Source: Octopus vulgaris
Taxonomy: Eukaryota
Reading direction: 5' to 3'
Assembly (NCBI GenBank): GCA_951406725.2
Contig: OX597818.1
Location: 94,736,001 to 94,800,000, forward strand
DNA: 64,000 bases
The translations under genes and the position numbers were made by a program. Every line of letters starts with the position of its first letter. Position 1 is the stretch's first letter. This document shows, in pieces, positions 13,820 to 25,952 of the stretch. The notes beneath the pieces are model-generated. The model had not been told where the DNA came from. It did not search any database and saw only the letters and a program-made list of their open reading frames with translations.

Positions 13820-14240
13820 GTGCAGGTGTGGTTGAATGATTGAGTAGCTTACTTCCCAACCATGTATAGTCTCAGGTGCAGTCCCACTATGTGGCTTCTT
13901 GATTAAGTTTCTACTATAGTACTGGGCTAACCACAGCCCCTTGTGAGTGGATTTGGTAGATGGAGCTTGAAAGAAGCTTGTCATGTATCTATATATATGT
14001 GTACCTTTGTCTTGACATCACATGATGGTTGTTTTAGCAAACATTGCCATCATATTAGTGATGCTGTCTGTTTCCATTCACCCATGAAAAATCTGTCTGC
14101 TCATGAGAAACATTATCTTGCTTGGAAACAGGTGAGGTTTGGCAATAGGAAGGGCATCTGATTGTAGAAAATCTTGTCTCAACGAATTCCATCTGACCCA
14201 TGTGAGCATGGAAAAGGGGATGTGAATGATAATGATGATT
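13820..14240 (+). mobile_element. Old tRNA-head SINE with RTE-type 3' tail
   Basis: The 5' half matches 6942-7105. The 3' end (aggaagggcatc...acccatg...catggaaa...(GAT)n) matches the RTE tail at 39790-39930. Related copies near 17260-17520, 23470-23810 and 38930-39210. Confidence 0.7.
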
Positions 14241-14247
14241 CTATAAG

Positions 14248-14288
<41 letters not shown>

Positions 14289-14340
14289 TTACATATACAT
14301 ATATTACATTCACATGCACTCACACAAGCATGTGTGCACA

Positions 14341-14374
<34 letters not shown>

Positions 14375-14784
14375 GACTATTGAAACATAATGCTGAACAT
14401 ACAAAGGTAAGCTGAACTTGAATATGTTTCTTTCTTAATTAGATACCAAATGTTTTAAATGATAGTAGATACTATAGTTTATATATAGCATATATAAAAT
14501 ATGACATTTATAGAAAGAGTATATTAGAAATAGCATACCCTGCATGTACACTGTTGACTGTGTGTATATATATATCTGTGCACTTGCTGGTATTATAGAC
14601 TTAGTTTTTATCAGAGAATGTCAATGTTATGTTGGTATTTACCCACACACTGACTCATATTTTTTACATCTATCTGCCATACTTTTAGCTACTCTCTATA
14701 ACTGATTACTGTGTTGCCACACTGACCAAAGGCTTTAATACGTGTTTTATGGCTTTATGGTTTTATACATGTTTTATTTCCTAG

Positions 14785-14829
14785 AAGTCCACGGAAGAAG
14801 AACGATCTCGTGTCTATTGGTGCTTTGTG
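14785..14829 (+). other. Candidate 45-nt cassette exon of uncertain status
   Basis: tttcctag acceptor with about 50 nt free of AG upstream, GTG|GTAAGA donor, GAAGAAGAA enhancer-like motif, three CpGs, open in all frames. No recognisable homology. Confidence 0.33.
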
Positions 14830-15092
14830 GTAAGAGTATCTGGCCACACATACACCGGTGGGCAACTAGAAAACACCCACTGCTCATACACATTACTGCT
14901 ATTGGCACTTTCTCTTTTATTGTTTCCTCATTTCCCTTGTGTTCTGATTAACTTTACTCTCTAGTCCTTCAAACAATGATGACAACTACAACAACTACCT
15001 TATTTTCACTTGCATAATGCTTACTATCACAGCTGTTAGTTGGGATTTTTTTCCTTGAAAGTGTGAAGCATCACATCCTTAGATTTCTAAAC

Positions 15093-15276
15093 CAAGGTTC
15101 CCCGCAACTTGAGTTTTGTGGGCAAAGCAATTATAGAAGGGGTCATCTCTGTATTACCTTTAAAACTACTTGAGTAGAGTGTGGCAACATTGTTAAATAA
15201 TTTTTGATTATTGTTGTTCAAATTAATAGTACATTCAAGATGTTGTCCACAGTATTCAAAAGGTTGGGAACCTCTG
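15093..15276. mobile_element. Degraded hAT-type MITE
   Basis: Imperfect TIRs caaggttccc and gggaacctctg; both flanking 8-mers end in aaac. Confidence 0.45.
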
Positions 15277-15515
15277 TGTGAAACTGACCCTTAATATAGT
15301 TAACACATTATATGATAAAACCTAACTCTGCACTTCACAAACATCAAAAAATATTTTCCTTGTTTGCTGTGCACCAAAAATAATCTGTATATGATCAGTA
15401 AAAATTCTTAGATGTTAAATTTGGGCACATGTAACAGTATTATAATTTTATTGCCTTTTCTTCTCGATCAATATTGTTACATTAACATAGGTGTTTATCA
15501 AGTAACCACATAGAG

Positions 15516-15770
15516 CAGTGGTTCTCAACTTAGGACCACATGACCCTTCGGGATCCATATAAGATTTCATCATTAAAATTTATGTACAATAAATTTGTTA
15601 TACTTCTACAATACACAAAATATTGTAACAATTTTTTAAATACAATTCTTGGTAATATTTAATTATAAAATTATAATAGGATTTTTTAAACATCAAATGA
15701 TTATGCTAGTCCACCAGAGTAAAATATAAATCAAAAGGATTCATAGGAAAAAATTGGTTGAGAACCACTG
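15516..15770. mobile_element. hAT-type MITE (255 bp)
   Basis: Perfect 14-bp TIR CAGTGGTTCTCAAC / GTTGAGAACCACTG. 8-bp flanks acatagag and atgtagag (6/8 match), consistent with a hAT TSD. Confidence 0.85.
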
Positions 15771-15971
15771 ATGTAGAGGACCCTTTGTTAGCTCATTGAC
15801 TTCCTTTCTGTTTAGAAAACCAAATTAATGATGTTTGATTTGATTCATATTTAGAGCTGATTCAGTTTGATAATCTAAGAATGTTACCCCTCTTACCTCA
15901 TAAATTTGAGCTTCTGTGCTTATGGAAGCAATTAATATTATTAATGTTGTTGTTATTTGTTATTATTTTAA

Positions 15972-16215
15972 GGTGGCGAGCTGGCAGATTCAAGAGCATG
16001 CCAGGCAAAATGCTTAGCAGCATTTTGTCCATCTTTACGTTCTGAGTTCAAATTCCACCATGGTCGATTTCATCTTTCATCCTTTTGGGATTGATAAAAT
16101 ATGTTCTAGTTACATGCTGGGGTCAATGTAATTGACTAACCCCTTCCCCCAACATTTCAGGCCTTGTGCATGTAGTATAAAGGATTATTGTTGTTGTTAT
16201 TATTATTATTATTAT
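15972..16215 (+). mobile_element. Old tRNA-derived SINE with (TTA)n tail
   Basis: ggtggcgagctggcag head and gagttcaaattcc B-box-like motif. An inverted family member lies at about 59435-59665. Confidence 0.7.
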
Positions 16216-17939
16216 TATTAACAAAATGTCTTGTGGTATTAGTTATAATCCTTTGTTTTTTGAGTTTAACTTCTATCAGGGTCAATAAAATTAGCACCAT
16301 TTTAAATACTGAAAGTGAAAATGATTTTTATTCTTCTCCAAATTTGTAGTCTTGTAATTGTTATGATTATTGCAGAAAAAAAAAAGACAAAGGCAAAATT
16401 GGCAAGAACTATACCATATTAAGTATATTAAAAAATATATTCTCATGCCTATGTTCTGGTTTCAAATGACGACAGTTTATTTTTGCCTCCCCTCTTTGTT
16501 GGGGTCAGAATAATTTGTATCTGTAATATATAAGGATCAGTGCTCCTTGTTTTCAACAATCAGTATAAGAAATCAGTATTTTGTATTTGTATATCTTAAT
16601 TTGATATAGTTTCTTTCCCTTTATTCTTTTTTTTTTTTTTTATCAGTGTCTGACTTTCAGGGATGGGAAAGTGAGGCTTTCTATAACATTCATGAATTTC
16701 TAATAGACATTACCCACCTTGAATTACACTGAATAAATATAATCAGGAATCAAAATTGGGTCCCAGACTTGACTCACTGAAAGTTTACTTTCTATTCTAC
16801 AGCAATGAACACAGAATTATTCGTCATTCATCAGAATTGTTATTTCAGCATTTCAGGATGAATATTCTTGTGATAACAAGCTTGTGTTGTGTGAACAATT
16901 CAGTCTTTATTGGTTTTAAATGTCACCAAAACCTTCGTGTAAAAACCATAGAAAACCAAGCCACTACTGTCTTCTGTAGTTGTTGTCATTTATGTATTTA
17001 CACACTGACTTTGACTGACTCCATACATGTATATGAACATTATCAGTTGTTAACCTTTAAGCTCAAGTGTCCTGTTAACTACACTCACTCTATAAAACTT
17101 CCACTTCCTTCTGATAACACACACACACATGTATAAGAAAGGGAGAGAGAGAGAACATGCATGATTAAGTATACATTTGGTTCCTGTTCAGTTCCAAATA
17201 AATACATGTATATAAATATATCTATATGTGTATTCATATTCTGTGTGTGTGTGTGTGTGTGTGTGCGCGCGCACCTGCATGTTTACATTCTGTGTTTCTC
17301 TGAAAAGTTGGGCATTTGTTGACATTTCTGTCAATAAATTATTTGGTAGCTCGTCCCTTTCAAAGACAAGTGGAATGAAAACACCATTACCTGAAAGACA
17401 AGCAAGGGTTAGTGATAGGAAGTGAATCCAGCTGTAAAAAAAGACTGATACCTTAATACTGTGTATTCCCTCAACTCATGCTACTTTGGAAAAACTGATG
17501 TAAAACAAGCAAATGAATGAACAAATATGTATATATAGTATTATATATAATGAAAAGGGCAGCACAGAGGAATCTCAAAGGAATTTATTGGGAAAACAGA
17601 AAAAATACTCACACAATGGATGTAGTACACACTCATAAGTTGTTGACCAAATTATTATCACAATATTGTTCAATTTAGAAGTGTCAGTAACATAAGCTGC
17701 TGGGGTATAAATAAGAAAACATGGTAGATGGACAAGGACAGAATAAATAGAGTCAGGTACAATAACAGAAGTGATGGCGTCTGCAGACTAAATAGTAACT
17801 AAAAATGCATTATGAGGAGAACAGAAAAATATATATAACACAAAATGTAAATATAGAGAAGAAGAGCAACAAAAATACAAAATGATACAAAGAAATATAT
17901 ATTGAAGGTCTATCCATACATAGTCACACATATTCATTG

Positions 17940-18660
17940 TCATCATCATCATCATCATGTCCTATTCCATGCTAGTATGGATTGGGAAGGCCCTCTTCAG
18001 TACAGTATCCTGCCACTTGTAGCACATCTTTGTCATCTCTTTCATGAGGTTCAACATCACATGATCCACTTACTTTCACTGCTTCTACCCGTGACTTCTT
18101 TGATCTTCCTCTCTCATACTTTCCCTCCACATGAATTTCCTGGCACTGCTTTACGTAGCTATTATCATCCATATACATTACAAATCCATACAAATGTACT
18201 TGTCTCTCTTGATCTCAGTATGTTTCCTCTTATACCTAGTTTTTTTTCTCATAGCTCAGATGCACACTAACATTACACATCTTACAGAACATGCTTGTTT
18301 CATGTCTTCCCAGCTTTTACACACTACTTCAGTACCTATGCCGCATTAGGATGCAGCATCTCAGTTTGCACACAAGTATTGCACAATCTGCTCTTTTCTA
18401 AAAGAGTGATGAATCCTTTGTTGTCAGCAGACATAATAGTGTGTTGATCATTTTCCAACCTATCCTTATTCTTGCTACTATGCTTTCAGAGCACCCACCT
18501 CCACTGCTGATTAGAGTATGTAGTAAACAAGTTATCAACTACTTCTATGGAACCTTCCAAGCATTGGAAGAAGTTTATTTCACTGCTAATTACTCTGGTG
18601 CATCTGCCACATGCTAAATTTTTATTCACTATAAGCCTGCTTGTGATCCCATTCACCTCT
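17940..18660 (-). mobile_element. Degraded RTE-type LINE fragment
   Basis: (CAT)n tail. ORF 17972-18193 (MDDNSYVKQC...VEGKYERGRSKKS) resembles the RTE C-terminus. A similar fragment lies at about 19850-20290. Confidence 0.65.
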
Positions 18661-20753
18661 TGGACAATCATAGATCACTTTCAGCTAATAGGTTAAATTG
18701 GTGCCCCAGTCAACCTTATCTTTACAATAAATTGGACTTTACTCTCAATCTAGAGTCACTCTATCGATAAATGTTCTGTTATTCTTAAACTTGCTTTAAA
18801 ATTGTAACCTTATTTTAACATTAAGAAATATATAAACATATATACATATCTCTAGATAGGATAAAGATCCTTTCTGCGTCATAAAGACTCATAGGGCCAG
18901 TTTCCAAGTTTCTGTGGTGTATATATTCTCCATTTAGGTGGAATACCAGTCCATTGCAGGATTACTTATTTTTACCAGCTGAGTGGGCTGAAGCAACATG
19001 AAATGAAATGTTTCCAAGAACACTACACATTGCCTGGTCCAGGAATTTTAAACGATAATCTTATGATTATGAGTCCAACAATCTAATCACTAAGCTACAT
19101 ACCACCACATACATACCTAAAAACATACATATTGGATAATAAATTACATATATGTATATAAATTATGTATAATATAGGTATATGGTTAGTTAGTTTGCTT
19201 CACGTCATCATAGTTTCTGATTTCTGGCTCACTGCATAACACCTGGAGCAAGTGTCTTCTTCTAGAGCCTCGAATCAACCAGTCCCTAATGAGTAAAATT
19301 CGAGTGACAAAAATTGTATGGAATCCAGTCATATCAATATATGAGGGTTGGAGTTATTGTGTAAATTGAAGGAGAACACTAAAAAAAATTTGGTCATCTT
19401 GGAAGTGTAAGGGAAAGTAATGAGATGAAAACAGGAGTAGGTTTTGGGTGGCAATGCAGATGACTTGGAGATGTATGGGTTGATATTACAGCAGGCTGAG
19501 TAAAGCAGGGCAAATATATAGCGTATTGGGCCAGTGAGGATGATTCAAGTACAGCCTCGATCAGTGGGTGATGAAGATGTCTGTCCCAAGTGGTGGGAAA
19601 ATAGAAATGGGCAAGGAGCTATGAGTGATAAGGAGACAGGAGTCATAGAGGGAGGATTTAGAATACAAAGTGAGGGAGATATGCAGGGTGGAGTAAGGTA
19701 GGCTTGATAAGGCACACATATATACACTACAGTTTCTCAAACACTACTCTTGTGTCAGGTTACATTTCGCTATCAGTTAATGAATCTTCTGTAGCACCAT
19801 GTATCACCAGCCAGTATAGTCCTTTATCATGTTCTCCATTAGATGCAGCATCTTCAGGTCAGCCTTCACCACTTTGTTGCAAGTTTTCCTTGGTCTCCCA
19901 CTTTCACAAGTTTCACTAATTTGGATTATTTAGTACTTTTCATTTACAATAGTCTTATGCTATACCCATCACAGGCCCACTCCAGCAGTCCCTTCTCTTG
20001 CATACTATACCTGATTCCTCTCGCACCCTTTTTTTTTCTCTTATCTCATTTGTATTCTGATGTTGATGCACACCAACATTGAACATCCATCAGAGCATGC
20101 TGGCTTAATTTGTTTCTAGTTTACACAAATTTTCTGCATTCAAGGCCTGTCTCATTACTACTCAACATTGCAATTCTAATACAAGCATCATACAAGCTAC
20201 TCTTCACTTTGAGAGAAAACCTTTGTTGCCAGCAGTGTTTATAGCTCTGTGAATTTTTTCAAACCTGTTCTTTCCTTGGCTACTAACTTTCTGTGTGATT
20301 ACCTAACATTTTATTCAGCAGAACCATATAACACTGTTTAACCCTAGAGAACACCAGCTCTATGAAAGAAAGAAAAATTTGCGATAAAGTATCTCCTTAT
20401 CTATGTAAATTTAACCAAGAATATGATTCCATGTAATAGCTGCCTAATACCACTCAAATCAAAATCACATCCTATTGTCTTCAAAAGAGAAGGACAGATT
20501 ATGTAGTTTAATATAGTATATGTCTGACTAAAAGACAGATTGGTTATGATTAGAAAGGGTTGACCTGGAGCTAAGCAAGCAAAAGTGTGCATTAGATAAT
20601 ATAGTCCTAGATAGAATGATATATTTGAATAAAGATGGAGTCGTTATGGCTCAAATGTCTTTAACCATAAGTCTTCAAATCAGGGATGGCTAGTGACTTA
20701 GTTATAGGAAAGAGACCCATCCATCTTTTAAAATGATTACACCATATGATAGT

Positions 20754-21060
20754 GGAGGCACAATGGCCCAGTGATTAGAGCAGCGGACTCACGGTCAGAG
20801 GATCATGGTTTCGATTCCCAGACTGGGTGTTGTGTGTGTTCATTGAATGAAAACACCTAAAAGCTCCACGAAGCTCCGGCAGTGGTTGGTGGTGACCCCT
20901 GTTGTACTCTTTCGCCACAACTTTCTCTCGGTCTCTCTTCCTGTTTCTTGAGTAATGCTGCGATGGACTGGCATCCTGTCCAGTTGGGAGGAACACATAC
21001 ACCACAGAAACTGGCAAACCGGGTCCGTGAGCCTGGCTAGGCTTGAAAAGGGCAACGTTT
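20754..21060 (+). mobile_element. tRNA-derived SINE, second family
   Basis: A box tggcccagtgatt and B box ggtttcgattccc; 3' end gaaactggcaaaccgggtccgtgagcc. A related inverted remnant lies at about 18870-19100. Confidence 0.75.
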
Positions 21061-21877
21061 ATCGTTTTTTTTACACCATATGATATACAAACAAATATTG
21101 AGGTTTGCTGAGACTGTTCTCACTATGCTAACATGGAGAAATTGGTGGAAAACAGTATGGGGAGTAAAAATATATATGAATATTTTGTTATTCACCATTC
21201 TTTTCAATTGCCGTCTTTTATGAAAGATTGATTTCATTATTGATACTTATCTCATATGTTCTCTTTCTTTAGTCTTACTTCCTTTTTAATCACCATCTGC
21301 TCTTTTTAGTCATCAAATTGCTTTTACTAAATAATACTGGCTTTATTATTTTTTTTCTTTCTCTTTTTTGTCTTGTCCAATTCTTTCAGCTCTTGAAAGT
21401 TTATTGGTTAATGATTGTAAAGATGTACAATTATCTTTATAATGACTGTTTCTTTCTTTCATGGTTTCTTTCTTTTCTCAACATCAACATTGTTTACATC
21501 TGCTAAGTTTACTGGAGGGAATCTGCTAAGAAATCAATGTAGCTGAGCATTTCGCTCATTCATGTTCATTTCTCATTCTCTTGTACACAACTCATTCTAT
21601 TTGGTCCATTATGTTAGGTCATGCTTTCCTGAAAACCAGTTCATTTCTTTGATATATCATGACTACACTTCATTGCAAATTGGAGCTGGTCTGTTCAGAT
21701 GTTTATAAAACTAATTCACATAGTTGTATGTCTTGATAACTTACCTCTTGTCTTTAAAGTTGTCTTACTATAGTGTAGACATTCTCTTACCACTTCACTT
21801 CCTTGTTACAATTGTTTAAGTTACAACACGTAATTCAGTTCAGATCATTTGCCAAACAGGTGCAAGTCAAAAGCAGG

Positions 21878-21936
<59 letters not shown>

Positions 21937-21974
21937 GCAAGATTTTTTATGCGAAATCGTGTGTTGAAACAGAT

Positions 21975-22330
21975 ATTATTGTATTTAGGAATGGTCGTTT
22001 TGCCAGTTTAGCCAATATTGCAGGCATCCCCCCACACACACACTAACTAAACATAGACGCACATAGAGATATACGCATGCGCAAATGAAGACATATACAA
22101 TAGAAATACAAAATGGCTGACGGTTAGTAAGGAGAGACACACAAATAAGAAAGAAGAAAGCAAAGGACCACTGATGCGATCACAGGAGTGTAACAAAAGA
22201 ACTCTGGCCGAAATAAGATTAAGATTAATGTAAAAAATAAATAACACTGAAGCAAAGTAACACCAAATATATAGTGCATGTGTTTTTATTGGCTAAACTG
22301 GCAAAATTACCATTCCTAAATACAACAATA
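21975..22330. repeat. Microsatellite-flanked inverted repeat (arms about 21975-22018 and 22287-22330)
   Basis: tattgtatttaggaatggtcgttttgccagtttagccaata versus tattggctaaactggcaaaattaccattcctaaatacaacaata. Related sequence at about 46900-47030. Confidence 0.75.
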
Positions 22331-22369
22331 TATATAAATATATATATATATATATGCACATAAAGTAGT

Positions 22370-22662
22370 ACCTCAGTTTTCAAATAACTCTGATCATGAA
22401 TTAATCGTGCATTATATATATATATATACATAGATAGATATAGATATATATAAAGCATGATTTATTCGAGATCAGAGGCATTTGGAAACCGAGATACTAC
22501 TTTATTAAATGAATATGAGAAAGACAGGAAATAAAGAAAGCTGGAGGGTGTATCAGCCAAAATGTGTTACCAACAAACAAGACGAGGACAAATATCTGTC
22601 AATTGTAAATAATGTAAATAAAGTATGAGTTATTCATGATCAGAGTTGTTCGGGAACTGAGG
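22370..22662. repeat. Inverted-repeat-bounded element, possibly Penelope-derived
   Basis: cctcagttttcaaataactctgatcatgaat versus attcatgatcagagttgttcgggaactgagg. Very degenerate hammerhead-like remnant at about 22530-22570. Confidence 0.6.
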
Positions 22663-22665
22663 TTC

Positions 22666-22701
<36 letters not shown>

Positions 22702-25479
22702 AGAGAGAGGGATGAATGGATGGGTGGGTGGATGGATGGATGTTGCTGTAACCTATGATTTACTGCCAAACTTATGTTCATATTTTTTTTTAAATGACCC
22801 ATGTAGATACAAAAGAATTCAACTATAAGAACCCAATGAGACTTAAACCCTCTATTAATACAATGCCTTAGTGAAATATAACTATATACAAACAGGTCAA
22901 ATTTAAGCTCATCTTTCATCTGTATGTTTTGATTTCACTTTGATGTGATTAAATCACAAAATCCTTTACTTATTATTTAATATTCGCAGTGTTCATACTC
23001 CCTTGAATTTAATCAGATGCTATTTTCCAGAAACATGGCACAAGTAAATACAAAGCCCCAGTCTCAGATAATTCAATAAAATGAACAAGCTTCTTTTTGA
23101 AATTAAGCATATACCATTTAAAATATGGAGTGAAATGTGTTTGTTGTGTATTCAATTTATTTTGAAACTAGCAAAGAAGATGGGTTTTTTTTTAAAGTTT
23201 TCTTTCCTCAAACGTCTCTACCAGAACATCACAGGCCTTTTTTTTTATGGTAGATTGTTGTTTTTGCTTTTTAAAAAATATACTTTAAAATACTGACTGG
23301 AATGACTTGTATGATTAACCAATCTAAATATAAAGTTGAAGAATAGACACGAGTGCATTGAAAATTGAAAATTACATCTCATATCTCCTATATATATATA
23401 TATAATGTCTGTGTGTATGCATGCATGTATATATGGTAGGGAAGGGTTTTGGGCATGGCTATGTGAAGGCATAAGTTGTCATTAAAAAGTTTACTTTCCA
23501 GCTACATAGTCTCAGGTTCAGTCCCACTGTGGGGCACTTTTACTGTTATTTTAATGTCTTGGTTGACAGAAACTGAAAGAAGTCCATCGAGTGTGGGTGT
23601 GCTTGCGTCTCTTTGTTTTGATATCTTGTGATATTTGTAAATGAGTAACCATACAAGTGATGTTTTTCATTCCTAATCCTCTTTGAAAACATGTTTGGCC
23701 ATCAGGAAATATTAAGAGACCTTACTTGGAAAATTATCTTACTTGTAGGTTGGTGACAAGCAATAAAAAAAATCTTCCTCATCAAATTCCTGCTTACCAA
23801 TGCAACCATGCATACGTATACACACATGTTAATGTGTGTATATATATATATAATTTATGTAATATAATCATATTATCACCATCATTGTATTAACATCACA
23901 TCACTTTTCTATGCTTTACATTGGTAAGCTGAAATTTGAAGCAGATTTTCTACTGCTGGATGCTCATCATGTTGCCCATCTGTTTTCCCAACAAGGTAAT
24001 ATTTTCACCACGCCCAGATATTTCCACTGTATGTGTTTGTAAATATATATAGGTATACAGAGACAAAACATAGTTTCTATAACCTTTGTGCATGTAATTT
24101 ACATTATCTGTGCACAATAGTGATTTAGGTACAGAGAATGTTAAATAGATTTGTTGAAAATAAGTACATGATTCATAAACTCATATGATATATGTTTAAA
24201 TTAATTTAATATTTTCAAGAATGTGGTATATATGTGTATATATTTAATGATTAAAAAATTTCCATTTCTATACACCTAGACCATTAAACATTGAGAAGAA
24301 ATAGAGAAGATTATATAATAACTAGAGCCAATTTAGGCATAAATCCAGCTATGAATAATACTTATATATTTCTTTCTTGGCTAAAGAATTAATCAAAAGA
24401 TGATAACGATGATGTATGTGTGGTGGTTTATGATTATATATGTATATAACTATGAATGTGTGTATACTTATATATATGTTATGTACAAACACACAAAAAC
24501 TACAGTGACTTAATGGCTTCTCAGCAGCAACTCAAGTTTCATGTTTAGGCAAAATATCTTATTTTGTTTGAAATAAAGCTTAGTCATTTTATTCAACCAT
24601 CAGGCATTTCCAGAGAATTTCAAACATGAGCGACAGTAATTTATAAGCAATTGTGAGTAAATGCACTTGCTGTGAGAGTATGAAAATTTATGTAAAGGTT
24701 GAATTTGGGTAAGTCGGTGAAATCCCTTGGACTGTTAAGGATTATGGCTATATATTTTCTTTGTATTGGTTACTAGCATCTGTCTCTTTGATATCTAAAA
24801 GATTTTGGTAGACTGTTAGGCATAGTTCCTGGGATTGTTCTTAGTAGTAGTGTATGTATTCTTGGGTGTTGATGTGAGGTCAAGAGTAGAATTTTAGGGA
24901 TGGCCTTCCCCCTATAGCTATCCAAAAGTCAATAAGTGGCCAAAACATACACCACTAACATAATTTATCCCTAAAATTATACCACCACACCATTTATATA
25001 CAGATGTATTGTACTGACAAACCTTTACTAGATGATGATAATAATTAGCTTTAGTGCTGTAAGTTATTAACTCATATATCTACTTATATTTAACTCATGA
25101 GTGCATTTTTTTTTATCTACATCTCTAACCTTTCTATTCTCTATAAGCACTATCATTATCTTCTGACATAAAAAATGTATCCCAATACTCTCTACCTATT
25201 GATGCGTTCACTAATTTTCTCCATCCCTCTCTCTTTCTCTCTCTCTCTCAGTATAGATGTCTCTAGACTTCACCACTGTCTTCACTTCCGTAATAATGTA
25301 CACCTAAGACCCTACAATCAACTGACTTACAGATCATTCCCACCATACCTGTCCAAACCCTACATTTCCACAAACACATGACTAAGAACCGTTTCTTATC
25401 ATATCACCTGGCATAAAGCCACCTCCCTCAATACTTAATACCCTTCTCATTTGAGGCACTTTATTTTGTGATTTATGTC

Positions 25480-25952
25480 GTAACTTCACTTGTACTGGTG
25501 TCATGTGAAAAGCAAGCATTCAGTACACTCTGTAAAGTGGTTGGCATTAGAAAGAGCATCCAGCCATAGAATCCATGCTTCAATAGACATCTGAGCTTGT
25601 CAAGTCCTCTATCTCACTGGTTCCTGTTGAACTTTCCAACCCATGCCAACATGGAAAATTAATGTTAAATGATGATTATCCAAATTCTCTCAGAATCCTC
25701 TCGAATTCTCTCAGAACTCTCTTTGGCAATATACCGTACTTATGTAGACCTATCAAGCCAAGTCAGTGGCACGTAAAAACACCCACTACACTCTCGGAGT
25801 AGTTAGTGTTAGGAAGGGTATCCAGCTGTAGAAACCATGCAAAATCAGACTGGAACCTGATTCAGCTCTCTGGCTTACCAGTTTTCAGTCAAACCATCCA
25901 ACCCATGCCAGCATGGAAAAACGAACATTAAATGATGATGATGATGAGGATG
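25480..25952 (+). repeat. Two consecutive RTE-type 3' tails
   Basis: Repeated block acactct...ttagg/aagggcatccag...aacccatgcca...catggaaaa...(GAT)n at about 25490-25680 and 25765-25950. Confidence 0.75.
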
